A DNA stretch of 64,000 nucleotides, taken from positions 13,546 through 77,545 of the forward strand of contig DUPV01000048.1 in NCBI GenBank assembly GCA_012838135.1, given 5' to 3'. Made by a program: the position numbers and the translations under genes. Below, one piece after another: positions 8,561 to 18,695 of this stretch (positions within the stretch are counted from its first letter, which is position 1; each line of letters opens with the position of its first letter). Under the pieces are notes generated by a model. The model was not told where the DNA came from and made no database searches. It saw nothing but the letters and a program-made list of their open reading frames with translations. This stretch comes from Clostridiaceae bacterium (GTDB taxonomy: Bacteria; Bacillota; Clostridia; Saccharofermentanales; DTU023).

Positions 8561-10132
8561 TTAATAGCCGACAATATTATCAAAGCCGTTAAGCCATTCT
8601 GCATTTCCGGTAATGAAAGTTGAATTGAGAACCAATACATCATTGATTTTCTTTTCGCTGATAAAAGGTAAGATTGGATCAGTCATATATCTCGGATCTA
8701 TCGAATATATATTCTCATAATTATCCATTAAATAAGGCAAGAATGCATTTGCAAAAGAATCCTTGATTACCAGGATAGATTTTCCGTTATTAATGTCGCT
8801 TTTGATTAAACTTAAAGCGACATCGTCACCTGAATAAAGAATATAATGTGAATCGATTTTGCTTTCCGAATCTAAGAGCATTGTCGGGACTCCGTCAGAC
8901 ATGCTGGTATCGCTATATACTGTATTGGTACCTGAATGTTTGGGTAAAAAGATTTCAGCTTGATCTTTAGAATTTTCGAGTAGTGGACTATTGCCGGTAA
9001 AACTGTATAAAGAGCCAAGAAATTTATAATCCGGCCTGGTCAGTTCCATATCTTCCAAGGCGGTTGCAGTTTGTCCCGTGTAAAAACAAAATGCCTGATA
9101 TGCATAATATGCACCGCGACCTGTCCAGTGATGATCAGTATTAAAGTAAATGTATTCATCAGCATGTTTAGAAATATTTGTAATTGCATCAATTTTAATA
9201 ATCGAATCATTTTCTGCTTGATATATTTGATCAGTTGCCTGATAGACAATCTTGCTTTCGTCTTCTAATTCTTCCAAGCCGTTAAAAGTGATTGCAGGTG
9301 GCGCCACTAAATGAATCAACCTGATTTGATCCGGCAAAACATCGCGTAAATAATTAATTCTATTCGCATAAGCTACGGCATTTTCCGGAAAATATCCGAA
9401 TATTTCCATTGCTTTGCCATCAACAATTATATTACTTGCATCATTATATTGCAGTTCGCGATTTTTAACCTTTTCTCTATTTTTTTCTTCAACAAGCTTT
9501 TCCAGATTATTGCTATCTCTATTATCATTATCAATTTCATTTTGAGCAGTTTCGGGATTTGTTGCAAGTTTAGCATCTTGGCCGGCTTGATTGTTTGTGT
9601 CTTCGTTTTTGATTTGAGGATTATTTACTTCAGGTGTATCGTTTGGTTGATTTTTTGAACCTGTAATCAAATGAATTTTTTGTTTGCCGCCAGGGAAAGA
9701 ATTCATTAAGCTAACCAGCGATTTGTAAAAACCCATAAATTGATTCCGCATTGGAAATTGGTCCGCATAATATGCTTCCACCTCTTTGCCATATTCTCCG
9801 CTGAACAATCTTTCAGAGGTTAATTCAGGTTTTTGTTGCAAAGCTCTTTTTTCCATTTCAGAAACGTCTTGTTTTTTCCAGACCAAAAAAAGCAGCCCGA
9901 AAATAAGGAGAAAAATGAAAAAACTAATAAAAATAATTCCGTCATTTTTATTAGCTTGCGGCCTGTACGGATTAGGTTTTTTCCTCAGCGGTTTTGCTTC
10001 ATTTGCTGAAATATCAGAACGCTTACGATTTAAGCTGTATTTATCAGTTTCCATTGTCGCCTTTTGATATTTGTTCTCTCTTACTGAGGTTAGGGAATGC
10101 TTGCGATTTAAACTATACTTATGATTTTCCAT
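8561..10132 (-). CDS. DHHW-family protein (AlgX/AlgJ/PatB-like SGNH-type O-acetyltransferase partner), membrane-anchored
   Basis: Has the FNTDHHWTGRGAYYAYQAF (DHHW) motif and one TM helix after a basic N-terminus. Lies directly downstream of the MBOAT gene on the same strand. Confidence 0.8.
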   Translation of the reverse strand: MENHKYSLNRKHSLTSVRENKYQKATMETDKYSLNRKRSDISANEAKPLRKKPNPYRPQANKNDGIIFISFFIFLLIFGLLFLVWKKQDVSEMEKRALQQKPELTSERLFSGEYGKEVEAYYADQFPMRNQFMGFYKSLVSLMNSFPGGKQKIHLITGSKNQPNDTPEVNNPQIKNEDTNNQAGQDAKLATNPETAQNEIDNDNRDSNNLEKLVEEKNREKVKNRELQYNDASNIIVDGKAMEIFGYFPENAVAYANRINYLRDVLPDQIRLIHLVAPPAITFNGLEELEDESKIVYQATDQIYQAENDSIIKIDAITNISKHADEYIYFNTDHHWTGRGAYYAYQAFCFYTGQTATALEDMELTRPDYKFLGSLYSFTGNSPLLENSKDQAEIFLPKHSGTNTVYSDTSMSDGVPTMLLDSESKIDSHYILYSGDDVALSLIKSDINNGKSILVIKDSFANAFLPYLMDNYENIYSIDPRYMTDPILPFISEKKINDVLVLNSTFITGNAEWLNGFDNIVGY

Positions 10133-10271
10133 TTTTAACCCTTTTTATCTTGTTGCATATTGTATTTCCACTGTTTAGATCAACCGCTTAAAACATGAAA
10201 TTAAGGAAATCATTCTCATTCTACTATTATTTTATTGCTATTAATTAAAATATCATTGCTTGAATTGACAG

Positions 10272-11699
10272 TTAAAACCTGAAATATAGGAAAGGATTAA
10301 AGCTGTCACCTACCAAAGATGCAGTACTGATTAACAACAATAATAAAATTGAAACGGTTGATCCGATAACATAAAATTTTGTTGCTCTGAATCTGTAACT
10401 TCGTAAACCGGGCAAACGTTTTCTGATTTCCGGCACAATCGGCATTGATGCAATCCAAGAGAAAATAAAAAACACCAAATTTTGATTAAACAATAATTTA
10501 CCTTTCAGATTGATGAAATCATTGCCGGCAAAAGTTAATAATCGGCTGAGGAATATTCCAAGATCGGGGATTGAAGTAAAATAGAAAATTGCAAAACCGA
10601 GCATCGTTACAATACTCATCGGTATCCACATGATGGCACGCGGAATTTTGTCCGTATATTTTAAGGTTAAATATTTTTCGATTTGGAGAATTGCAAAATA
10701 ATATAAACCCCAAAAAATAAAATTCCAATCTGCGCCGTGCCAAAAGCCGGTTAAAAACCAGACAATAAAAGCGTTACGTAATCTATGATGTCTGTTCCCG
10801 CCTAAAGGAATATAGACATAGTCGCGGAAGAAAGTACCGAGTGAAATATGCCATCTGCGCCAGAATTCAGTAACTGATTTTGAATAATAAGGATAATCAA
10901 AATTTTCTTTAAATTTAAAACCGAACATGTGGCCTAAACCGATTGCCATATCTGAATATCCGGAAAAATCAAAATAAATTTGAATAGTGAATGCCAGTAT
11001 TCCGACGAAACATTCGATGCCGGAGAGTGTATTCAAATTTCCACTGCCGATAGTCTGGACAACTAAAGTACCGGCGTAGTTGGCAATCAAAGTTTTTTTT
11101 GCTAAACCGACAATAAATCTTTTGGTTCCGTCTGCCAGACCTCTGATTGTAATTCTGCGTTCTCTCAATTGTTGCTCAATATCGCTGTAGCGAACGATCG
11201 GACCGGCGATCAATTGTGGGAATAAAGCCTGATAAAGCAAAAAGTCCGGTAGAAATTTTTGGACTTTACATTGACCTCGGTAGAGATCAATCAGATAACT
11301 TAAAATTTGGAATGTATAAAAGGATATTCCGATCGGCATTGTCCAGCCGGGGAGAGGAATATTGATTAAAGGAAGTACATTGATTATTCGGATGAAAAAT
11401 CCGGCATATTTGAAAAAAAATAAAGGGAGTAAGGCTCCGACAGTACCGATAGTTAAAATAGTTTTATGTATTGCAGGGTCATGTTTATAACGTTCCAGGA
11501 CTAAACCTGACAGAAAAACCCAAATACCGGATATCAACATCTGAATAATCCAGAACGGTTCACCCCAAGCATAAAAAAAGAGAGAGAAAACCAATAAGAC
11601 AAGATTTTTGAATTTTAAGGATCGAGGTATCTGATAAACAATCAAACATAAAGGTAAAAAAGCATACAAAAAGAATAAACTGGAAAAAACCATAAACAT
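10272..11699 (-). CDS. MBOAT-family membrane-bound O-acyltransferase (AlgI/DltB/PatA-like)
   Basis: Multi-TM protein with FWRRWHISLGTFFRDYVYIPLGGNR and the conserved His in WFLTGFWHGADWNF. Confidence 0.9.
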   Translation of the reverse strand: MFMVFSSLFFLYAFLPLCLIVYQIPRSLKFKNLVLLVFSLFFYAWGEPFWIIQMLISGIWVFLSGLVLERYKHDPAIHKTILTIGTVGALLPLFFFKYAGFFIRIINVLPLINIPLPGWTMPIGISFYTFQILSYLIDLYRGQCKVQKFLPDFLLYQALFPQLIAGPIVRYSDIEQQLRERRITIRGLADGTKRFIVGLAKKTLIANYAGTLVVQTIGSGNLNTLSGIECFVGILAFTIQIYFDFSGYSDMAIGLGHMFGFKFKENFDYPYYSKSVTEFWRRWHISLGTFFRDYVYIPLGGNRHHRLRNAFIVWFLTGFWHGADWNFIFWGLYYFAILQIEKYLTLKYTDKIPRAIMWIPMSIVTMLGFAIFYFTSIPDLGIFLSRLLTFAGNDFINLKGKLLFNQNLVFFIFSWIASMPIVPEIRKRLPGLRSYRFRATKFYVIGSTVSILLLLLISTASLVGDSFNPFLYFRF

Positions 11700-11888
11700 T
11701 TTCCTCGATAGATATAAAATACATCCCTAAAAAAAGTAAAATTAAAAACTTTTGCGGTGAATAATACTTATTTATGATAATATCATAAATAGATATTAAA
11801 GTTGCTTAAACTTATATTTTTTTAGTTTTATTCAACTGGTTTTTATTCAATTAATAATATTATTAGTAAACATGAATAGGAGAGACAA

Positions 11889-13217
11889 ATGGGTTTAATA
11901 AAAGCAATTGCAGGTGCCATAGGGGGTACCCTGGCTGATCAATGGAAAGAGTTTTTTTATTGTGAATCTTTGGAAAATGATGTTTTAGTCAGAAAAGGTC
12001 AAAAAGTAATTGGCAATCGTTCATCCAATACCAAGGGTAGCGATAACATTATTTCAAATGGTTCAGGTATAGTGGTTGCCGATGGTCAATGCATGATTAT
12101 TGTTGATCAAGGTAAAGTAGTTGATGTTTGTGCGGAACCGGGTGAATATACATATGATACTTCCAGCGAACCAAGTATTTTCTCAGGTAAATTCGGCCAG
12201 AGCTTGCTTGGAACATTCAAAACAATAGGCAGACGTTTTACTTTTGGTGGAGATACGGGTAAAGATCAAAGAGTTTATTATTTCAATACCAAAGAGATTT
12301 TAGACAATAAATTCGGTACCCCTAATCCGATTCCGTTTCGTGTTGTAGACCGCAATATCGGTTTAGATATTGATGTCGCTGTAAGATGTTCCGGTATTTA
12401 CTCATATGAAATTTCCGATCCGATTTTATTTTATACAAATGTTACGGGTAATGTTCAGTCAGAATACACAAGAGGTCAAATTGACAGTCAATTGAAAACC
12501 GAATTTGTCAGCGCATTGCAACCGGCTTTTGCTGAAATTTCAACTATGCAAGTAAGACCGAACGAATTGCCGGGTCATGCAGGCAAACTTGCAGATTTAA
12601 TGAATGAAGAATTGACTAAAAAATGGTCTGAACTACGTGGTTTGAAAATTGTTTCAATTGCTCTGAATCCGATTACTTTACCGGAAGAAGATGCTGAATT
12701 GATTAAACAAGCACAAAGAGCCGGTATGATGCGCGATCCTTCAATGGCAGGAGCAACTTTAGTCGGAGCCCAGGCAGATGCGATGAGAGCTGCTGCAGCC
12801 AATGAGGGCGGAGCAATGACCGGTTTTATGGGATTCGGTATGGCACAACAAGCCGGCGGTGTTCGAGCAGGAGATTTATTTGCGATGGGTCAACAAAATC
12901 AACAAAATGCTCAGGCACCTCAACAAGCAACCGGCGGTCAATCTGCGATTGATTCATGGACGTGTCCGAAATGCGGCAATGTTTCAAGCGGCAAATTCTG
13001 TACGGAATGTGGCGGCCCGAAACCGGAGCAAGGCTGGCAATGTGCATGCGGCACAGTCAATCAAGGCAAATTCTGCCATAATTGCGGAAAACCCAAACCC
13101 GAGGGAGCACCTCTTTACAAATGTGACAAATGCGGCTTTGAACCGAAAGATCCGCAAAACCCACCCAAGTTTTGTCCTGAATGTGGTGATCCTTTTGATG
13201 AAAATGACATCACATAA
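11889..13217 (+). CDS. SPFH/Band-7-like protein (YdjI/COG4260-like) with C-terminal array of zinc ribbons
   Basis: N-terminus MGLIKAIAGAIGGTLADQWKEFFYC. The C-terminus carries CPKC..CTEC, CAC..CHNC and CDKC..CPEC pairs. Confidence 0.75.
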   Translation: MGLIKAIAGAIGGTLADQWKEFFYCESLENDVLVRKGQKVIGNRSSNTKGSDNIISNGSGIVVADGQCMIIVDQGKVVDVCAEPGEYTYDTSSEPSIFSGKFGQSLLGTFKTIGRRFTFGGDTGKDQRVYYFNTKEILDNKFGTPNPIPFRVVDRNIGLDIDVAVRCSGIYSYEISDPILFYTNVTGNVQSEYTRGQIDSQLKTEFVSALQPAFAEISTMQVRPNELPGHAGKLADLMNEELTKKWSELRGLKIVSIALNPITLPEEDAELIKQAQRAGMMRDPSMAGATLVGAQADAMRAAAANEGGAMTGFMGFGMAQQAGGVRAGDLFAMGQQNQQNAQAPQQATGGQSAIDSWTCPKCGNVSSGKFCTECGGPKPEQGWQCACGTVNQGKFCHNCGKPKPEGAPLYKCDKCGFEPKDPQNPPKFCPECGDPFDENDIT

Positions 13218-13242
13218 ATAAGCAGATAATAAGAGGTAGACT

Positions 13243-14328
13243 ATGGCACAATTATTAGATTTTAAATGTCCTTCTTGCGGCGGTGCGATAAATTTTGACA
13301 GCCAAGCTCAAAAAATGAAGTGTCCTTATTGCGATACAGAGTTTGAAATGGATGCCGTATTGCAGCATGAAGAAGCGATACAAAGCGAATCGGCCAAAGA
13401 TGATTTTACTTGGAATGTGCAAGCAGATAATAATTGGCAGGAAGACGAACTTAACAATTTTGCAGCCTATGTTTGTCAGTCCTGTGGCGGTCAAATTGTA
13501 GGTGATTTTACAACTGCTGCGACCAGTTGTCCTTATTGTGATAATCCGGTGGTAATTGCCGGTAATATATCCGGTGACATGCGACCTGATTATATTATTC
13601 CTTTCAAGCTGACCAAAGAACAGGCGAAACAGGGTTTGCGTGAACATATGAAAGGCAAACGATTATTGCCTAAGCAGTTTAAAGATGAAAATCATATCGA
13701 TAAAATTCGCGGGATGTATGTGCCGTTTTGGCTTTTCGATACTAAAGCTGATGCCAATTTCAGATATAAAGCGACCAAAACAAGCACCTGGAGTGATAGT
13801 AATTACGTTTATACGAAGACCAGCTATTATTCGATTTTGCGTAGCGGGAATATTGCCTTCAGCAGTGTTCCGGTTGATGCATCTTCACAAATGCCGGACG
13901 ATTTAATGGAATCGATTGAACCTTATAATGTTGCTGAATTAACAAACTTTCATGCCGGTTTTTTAGCAGGTTATTTAGCTGATCGTTATGATGTTCCGGC
14001 AGATGAATGTATTGAAAGGGCAAATCATCGTGTGCGCCAAAGTACGGAAAATCAATTCAGATCAACCGTAACGGGCTATTCAACAGTCGCAACGGAAAAC
14101 AGTAATATACAATTATCCGACGGCAAAGCGAACTATGTTCTGTATCCGGTCTGGGTTCTGAATACTTCTTGGCAAGGCGAGCAATTTACCTTTGCCATGA
14201 ACGGTCAAACCGGTCGCTTTATCGGTGATCTTCCCTTGGATAGAAAAGCTTACTGGAAATGGTTCGGTCTGGTAGCCTTGATTGCTGCAGCACTTGCCTA
14301 CGCAGCAGCCTGGCTGTTTTTACGTTGA
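13243..14328 (+). CDS. Zinc-ribbon protein with C-terminal TM anchor (YdjG-like)
   Basis: Contains CPSCGG...CPYCDT and CQSCGG...CPYCDN ribbons and a terminal hydrophobic helix WFGLVALIAAALAYAAAWLFL. Confidence 0.6.
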   Translation: MAQLLDFKCPSCGGAINFDSQAQKMKCPYCDTEFEMDAVLQHEEAIQSESAKDDFTWNVQADNNWQEDELNNFAAYVCQSCGGQIVGDFTTAATSCPYCDNPVVIAGNISGDMRPDYIIPFKLTKEQAKQGLREHMKGKRLLPKQFKDENHIDKIRGMYVPFWLFDTKADANFRYKATKTSTWSDSNYVYTKTSYYSILRSGNIAFSSVPVDASSQMPDDLMESIEPYNVAELTNFHAGFLAGYLADRYDVPADECIERANHRVRQSTENQFRSTVTGYSTVATENSNIQLSDGKANYVLYPVWVLNTSWQGEQFTFAMNGQTGRFIGDLPLDRKAYWKWFGLVALIAAALAYAAAWLFLR

Positions 14329-14353
14329 AAATAGGTTATGAATGGAGATAATT

Positions 14354-15196
14354 ATGAAACAGAAAAAACATCTTAAAACAATAGCTCTATTTATCAGCGT
14401 GATTTTTACAGTTTTATTAATCCCGATCCAAACATCGGCTCAGACAATTCCGGATCAGAGACTATTGCCGAGATTAGTCGACAATGCAGATCTATTAAAT
14501 GATTCCGAAGAGGAAAAATTGCTTGATAAGCTGGATTTGATCAGTGAGAAATATCAGACTGATGTGGCCATAGTTACGGTCTATTCTTTAGAAGGAAAAA
14601 CCGCAGCCGAATATGCTGATGACTTTTTTGATTATAACGGTTATGGTATCGGACCGAATCGTGATGGAGTATTATTCCTGATCAGTATGGAACATAGGGA
14701 TTGGTTTATTACTACTCACGGTTCCGGGATTCAGACTTTTACTGATGCCGGCAGAGCACATATGACGGAACAATTTTTGTCATATATCAGCGATGCTAAA
14801 TATGCCAAAGGTTTCAATAAATTTGTCGATCTATCCGAGCAATATTTAAAGCAAGCTGCTAAAGGCAAACCGTATGATTATGGTAATTTGCCGAAAAAAC
14901 CGTTAGCTTGGTATTGGCTGCCTGCTGCAATCGGAGTTGGTTTAATTGTTGCATTTGTCATTGTCGGCGGTATGAAAGCTAAACTGAAATCAGTGCGTCG
15001 ACAGGTCGGTGCAGATGACTATGTAGCGGCGAACAGTTTTGTTTTAACCGATCAACGAGATCTCTACCTATATAGTCATGTTTCGCGAACGGCTAAACCG
15101 AAAGAAAGTTCTTCCGGTGGCGGCAGTGGTGGCGGCTCCAGGACCCGCACCTCATCTTCCGGCTCAACCCACGGCGGATCCGGTGGAAAATTCTAA
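14354..15196 (+). CDS. TPM-domain protein (YdjH-like), with TM helix and Gly/Ser-rich tail
   Basis: Signal/TM helix, then the TPM-like motif LLNDSEEEKLLDKLDLISEKYQTDVAIVTV, a TM helix and SSGGGSGGGS. GGAG lies 6 nt before the ATG at 14354 (alternative ATG at 14342). Confidence 0.7.
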   Translation: MKQKKHLKTIALFISVIFTVLLIPIQTSAQTIPDQRLLPRLVDNADLLNDSEEEKLLDKLDLISEKYQTDVAIVTVYSLEGKTAAEYADDFFDYNGYGIGPNRDGVLFLISMEHRDWFITTHGSGIQTFTDAGRAHMTEQFLSYISDAKYAKGFNKFVDLSEQYLKQAAKGKPYDYGNLPKKPLAWYWLPAAIGVGLIVAFVIVGGMKAKLKSVRRQVGADDYVAANSFVLTDQRDLYLYSHVSRTAKPKESSSGGGSGGGSRTRTSSSGSTHGGSGGKF

Positions 15197-15229
15197 ATTA
15201 AAAATTTCACATTAATTAAATGTAATATT

Positions 15230-15269
15230 AATGCTCATCTATTGTAAATCTGCAATTGGTGAGCATTTT
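15230..15269 (+). terminator. Putative terminator after the TPM gene
   Basis: AATGCTCA ... TGAGCATT stem (8 bp, large loop) followed by TT. Confidence 0.4.
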
Positions 15270-15466
15270 GAAATAATTCAGTAACAAATTCCTTAAACAA
15301 TTGTTAAGACTAAGCCTTGTATTTTGTTTGCGAAAATAATATATATATTGTATTATTTAACCACTGACTATTCTGAAATAATTCCTTCGAGATACAGTTG
15401 ATTTATTTTTGATAGTTTTTGATTTAGACTAATGCGTTTTTAGATAGATTTTCGAGGTAAATATCC

Positions 15467-16474
15467 ATGGGTTTAGGTATGAACATGGGCATTGATTTAG
15501 GTACTTCCAGTGTCCTGATTTATGTTCGCGGAAAGGGAATAGTACTCCGTGAACCTTCAGTTGTAGCAATTAATTCGCGTACAGGTAAAGTTTTAGCAGT
15601 TGGCGAAAGTGCCAGTTTAATGTTAGGGAGAACTCCCGAAATGGTTGAAGCTGTCCGACCGTTAAAGGATGGCGTAATTTCAGATTTTAAAGTGACCGAG
15701 GTTATGCTCAAAGCTTTTATCAGCAGAGTTTCAACCGGGTTTTTAGCAAGATATTTCAAACCGACGATAGTTGTTTGTGTCCCTACCGTAATTACACAAG
15801 TAGAACAAAAAGCGGTAGAAGATGCATGTAGACGAGCCGGTGCAAAAGATGTATATCTGATTCGAGAACCGATAGCCGCAGCAATCGGAGCAGGTATTGA
15901 TATTACTCAAGCTAATGGTTCAATGATTTTGGATATCGGTGGGGGAACTACGGATATAGCGGTTATCTCAATGTGTCAACCGGTTGTTGAAGAATCGCTT
16001 AAGGTTGCCGGCGATGCATTTGACCAAGCTATCATTAAATATGTCAGACGCAAACATAATATCTTGATAGGCGAACAAACAGCGGAGGATCTGAAAATCA
16101 ACATAGGTTGTGCTTATCCGCGCGACGAAGAATTAAGTATGGAAGTAAGAGGTAGAAATTTAATTACCGGAATGCCGGCAACATTGACATTGACTTCTAC
16201 CGAAATGTTGGAAGCTCTGGAAGAACCGGTTAATCAGATTTTTGAAGGTGTTCACAGTGTATTGGAGCGTACACCGCCTGAATTAATGGCAGACATTTCA
16301 CAAAGAGGAATTATGATGACCGGTGGTGGAACATTATTGTACGGTATTGATAGGATGTTAGAAGCAAAAGTAGGTGTTGAAATTTTGATTGCGGAAGATC
16401 CAATTTCATGTGTAGCTGTCGGAACCGGTTTAGCTCTGAACATTATGGACAAATTTGATGCCCTCAGCAGTTAA
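15467..16474 (+). CDS. mreB: Rod-shape-determining actin homolog MreB/Mbl
   Basis: Contains GIDLGTSSVLIY, REPSVVAI, DIGGGTTDIAV and MTGGGTLLYGID. Confidence 0.92.
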   Translation: MGLGMNMGIDLGTSSVLIYVRGKGIVLREPSVVAINSRTGKVLAVGESASLMLGRTPEMVEAVRPLKDGVISDFKVTEVMLKAFISRVSTGFLARYFKPTIVVCVPTVITQVEQKAVEDACRRAGAKDVYLIREPIAAAIGAGIDITQANGSMILDIGGGTTDIAVISMCQPVVEESLKVAGDAFDQAIIKYVRRKHNILIGEQTAEDLKINIGCAYPRDEELSMEVRGRNLITGMPATLTLTSTEMLEALEEPVNQIFEGVHSVLERTPPELMADISQRGIMMTGGGTLLYGIDRMLEAKVGVEILIAEDPISCVAVGTGLALNIMDKFDALSS

Positions 16475-16480
16475 TAATTT

Positions 16481-16529
16481 TTAACCGATTGCGGATTATC
16501 GATTTATGAATTGATCCGTAATTGGTTAA
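16481..16529 (+). terminator. Strand-specific 16-bp hairpin downstream of mreB (terminator-like, no clear U tract)
   Basis: TTAACCGATTGCGGAT / ATCCGTAATTGGTTAA pair with two G-U wobbles on the + transcript only. Confidence 0.35.
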
Positions 16530-16732
16530 ATTATTCAGATTAAACCACTATTGCAGATATTTCATAGATTAATTAACATAAAACTAAAAATTTAAGCGTC
16601 AATTCTTGACCTAAAGTAAAATTTATTATATGATTCAAACCTACTCTGAATTTTTTCTAAATATATTCAATTAATTATCATTTTATATACAAATTTAATA
16701 TTTTAAACAAACATCGACAAGAGGAGAATTTT

Positions 16733-18580
16733 ATGTCGCCATCCAAACTCAAGGGTAAAACCAAGAGAGATCTCATAGAGATTGCTCATCTATCCGGTTT
16801 GCTCACTCCGAAAGAGACTAACCGCATGACAAAAGCCCAAATTTTAGAGTTCTTGCAAAAAATGGAGGAAGAATCTGAAGCAGAATCTATAATAGAACAA
16901 AGCACGACAAATCAACATATATCTGAAAATGAATCGGAAAATCCAATCGAAAAAAGAAAGATTGCCGGAAGGAAAAAAAACGAAGTTGTTGCCAAAACTG
17001 AAAATCATAATGCTCAAAAGAATATAGAAATGTCGATTGAGTTTGATCAGAGAAAAACTTCTGAAGAATCAAGTGAAGAATTGCCTGAAAATCTTTCTGA
17101 AGAATATGAACGTGATGCGGAGTTTGTTGTAGATAACGAAGAAGCATTATCTGAAGAGAAATTAGATGAGATAGATGACAAATTATCGGAAAAAAGTTCA
17201 AAAGTTACAGATAAAGAGGATTCGGATGACGAATTAATTAAGACTAAGACAAACAAAAGAACGAGAACCCGACGCACCAAAGCAACGGATAAAAAAATCA
17301 TCGAATTAAAGGCAGATTCTTCTGATCAGGACTTAAAGAAATCTCAAACTAATAATTCCAAAGAGCAAACAACCAAAGAACCTAAAGAAGAACTGGAAAC
17401 TGTTTCCGGGATTCTCGAAATTATGCCTGACAATTACGGCTTTCTCAGAGTTGAAAATTATTTACAAAGTAGCAATGATGCTTACGTTCCACCTCAATTT
17501 ATCAGACGTTTTAATTTGCGTGACGGAGATGAAGTGTCAGGACCATGTAAGGTGCAGCGCGATGTTGATCGTTACCGTGCTTTAACTTATATTGATTTAA
17601 TTAACGGATTGCCGCCTGATCAAATATACAATAGAAAATCCTTTGATCGTTTGACTCCGATTTATCCGAATGAAAAATATACTTTGGAAACTGAAACAAA
17701 AGAGCTTTCCACTCGGATGATTGATTTGGTATCTCCCATCGGAAAAGGACAGAGAGGTATGATTGTTTCGCCGCCTAAAGCAGGCAAGACAATTCTATTA
17801 CAAAAAATTGCAAATGCGATCAGTATCAATAATCCTGAAACAAAATTATTTGTACTCTTGATCGATGAACGTCCGGAAGAAGTGACCGACATGCAAAGAT
17901 CAATCAATGGTGAAGTCGTCTATTCCACTTTTGATAAAACACCGGAAAATCACGTTAAGGTTACGGAATTGGTCTTAGCACGAGCAATGCGTTTGGTAGA
18001 ATTGGGTCAAGATGTTGTAATCTTATTGGACAGCATTACCCGAATGTCCAGAGCATATAACTTAACAATTAATCCTACCGGCAGAACTCTTTCCGGTGGT
18101 TTGGATCCCGGTGCACTATACGGCCCGAAACGCTTCTTCGGAGCAGCTAGAAATATTGAAAATGGCGGAAGCCTGACAATTATTGCTACGGCACTTGTCG
18201 AAACAGGTTCTCGCATGGATGAAGTTATTTTTGAGGAATTCAAAGGTACGGGTAATATGGAGGTGTATTTGGATCGCAAGTTGGCTGAAAGAAGAATTTT
18301 CCCTGCGATTGATTTAAATCGTTCAAGTACAAGAAGAGAAGAACTGTTAATGAAAACTCAAGAATTGAATACAGTTTGGGCAATGCGCAAAGCTTTCTCA
18401 TCTTTGGAAACTGCCGCAGTTACTGAAACCATGATCAGCTTATTACTAAAAACCAAAAACAATGAACAATTTACAAATTCAATCAGCATTTCACTCAAGG
18501 ACCAGGACTTATTTGAAGCGATGCGTGGTTCTATGCCAAAAGGTACAGACAATAACGGAAATAATAAATTAGGAGTATAA
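16733..18580 (+). CDS. rho: Transcription termination factor Rho with ~180-aa N-terminal insertion domain
   Basis: Rho_N helix bundle (KRDLIEIAHLSGL), a CSD-like RNA-binding region (SGILEIMPDNYGFLR), Walker A (PPKAGKT) and TALVETGSRMDEVIFEEFKGTGN. Confidence 0.95.
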   Translation: MSPSKLKGKTKRDLIEIAHLSGLLTPKETNRMTKAQILEFLQKMEEESEAESIIEQSTTNQHISENESENPIEKRKIAGRKKNEVVAKTENHNAQKNIEMSIEFDQRKTSEESSEELPENLSEEYERDAEFVVDNEEALSEEKLDEIDDKLSEKSSKVTDKEDSDDELIKTKTNKRTRTRRTKATDKKIIELKADSSDQDLKKSQTNNSKEQTTKEPKEELETVSGILEIMPDNYGFLRVENYLQSSNDAYVPPQFIRRFNLRDGDEVSGPCKVQRDVDRYRALTYIDLINGLPPDQIYNRKSFDRLTPIYPNEKYTLETETKELSTRMIDLVSPIGKGQRGMIVSPPKAGKTILLQKIANAISINNPETKLFVLLIDERPEEVTDMQRSINGEVVYSTFDKTPENHVKVTELVLARAMRLVELGQDVVILLDSITRMSRAYNLTINPTGRTLSGGLDPGALYGPKRFFGAARNIENGGSLTIIATALVETGSRMDEVIFEEFKGTGNMEVYLDRKLAERRIFPAIDLNRSSTRREELLMKTQELNTVWAMRKAFSSLETAAVTETMISLLLKTKNNEQFTNSISISLKDQDLFEAMRGSMPKGTDNNGNNKLGV

Positions 18581-18643
18581 AGTGCTGAAATTGCAGAACA
18601 AGACTATGCTGATTGTCTTAAATATTTAAAATTAAGTTGAATA

Positions 18644-18672
18644 AAAAAATCGCCGTAAAAGGCGATTTTTTG
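18644..18672. terminator. Bidirectional intrinsic terminator between rho and secG
   Basis: AAAAATCGCC-GTAAAA-GGCGATTTTTT, a perfect stem flanked by A and T runs. Confidence 0.8.
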
Positions 18673-18695
18673 CTTAAGGATTTTATTAATCTGAA

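Noticed and set aside
8407-8643. 78-aa minus-strand ORF overlapping the 3' end of the DHHW gene by 83 nt
   Set aside because: It has no RBS and no recognisable family, and the long overlap is in a different frame. The C-terminal half (KPCPSKAHIAFCKKLGLDVGIVDDLTKKQ) could be a real small gene or a relic, but I cannot support it.
12859-13221. 120-aa alternate-frame plus-strand ORF, and the minus-strand ORFs at 12575-13047
   Set aside because: They overlap the zinc-ribbon tail of the SPFH gene, whose CxxC periodicity identifies the true frame.
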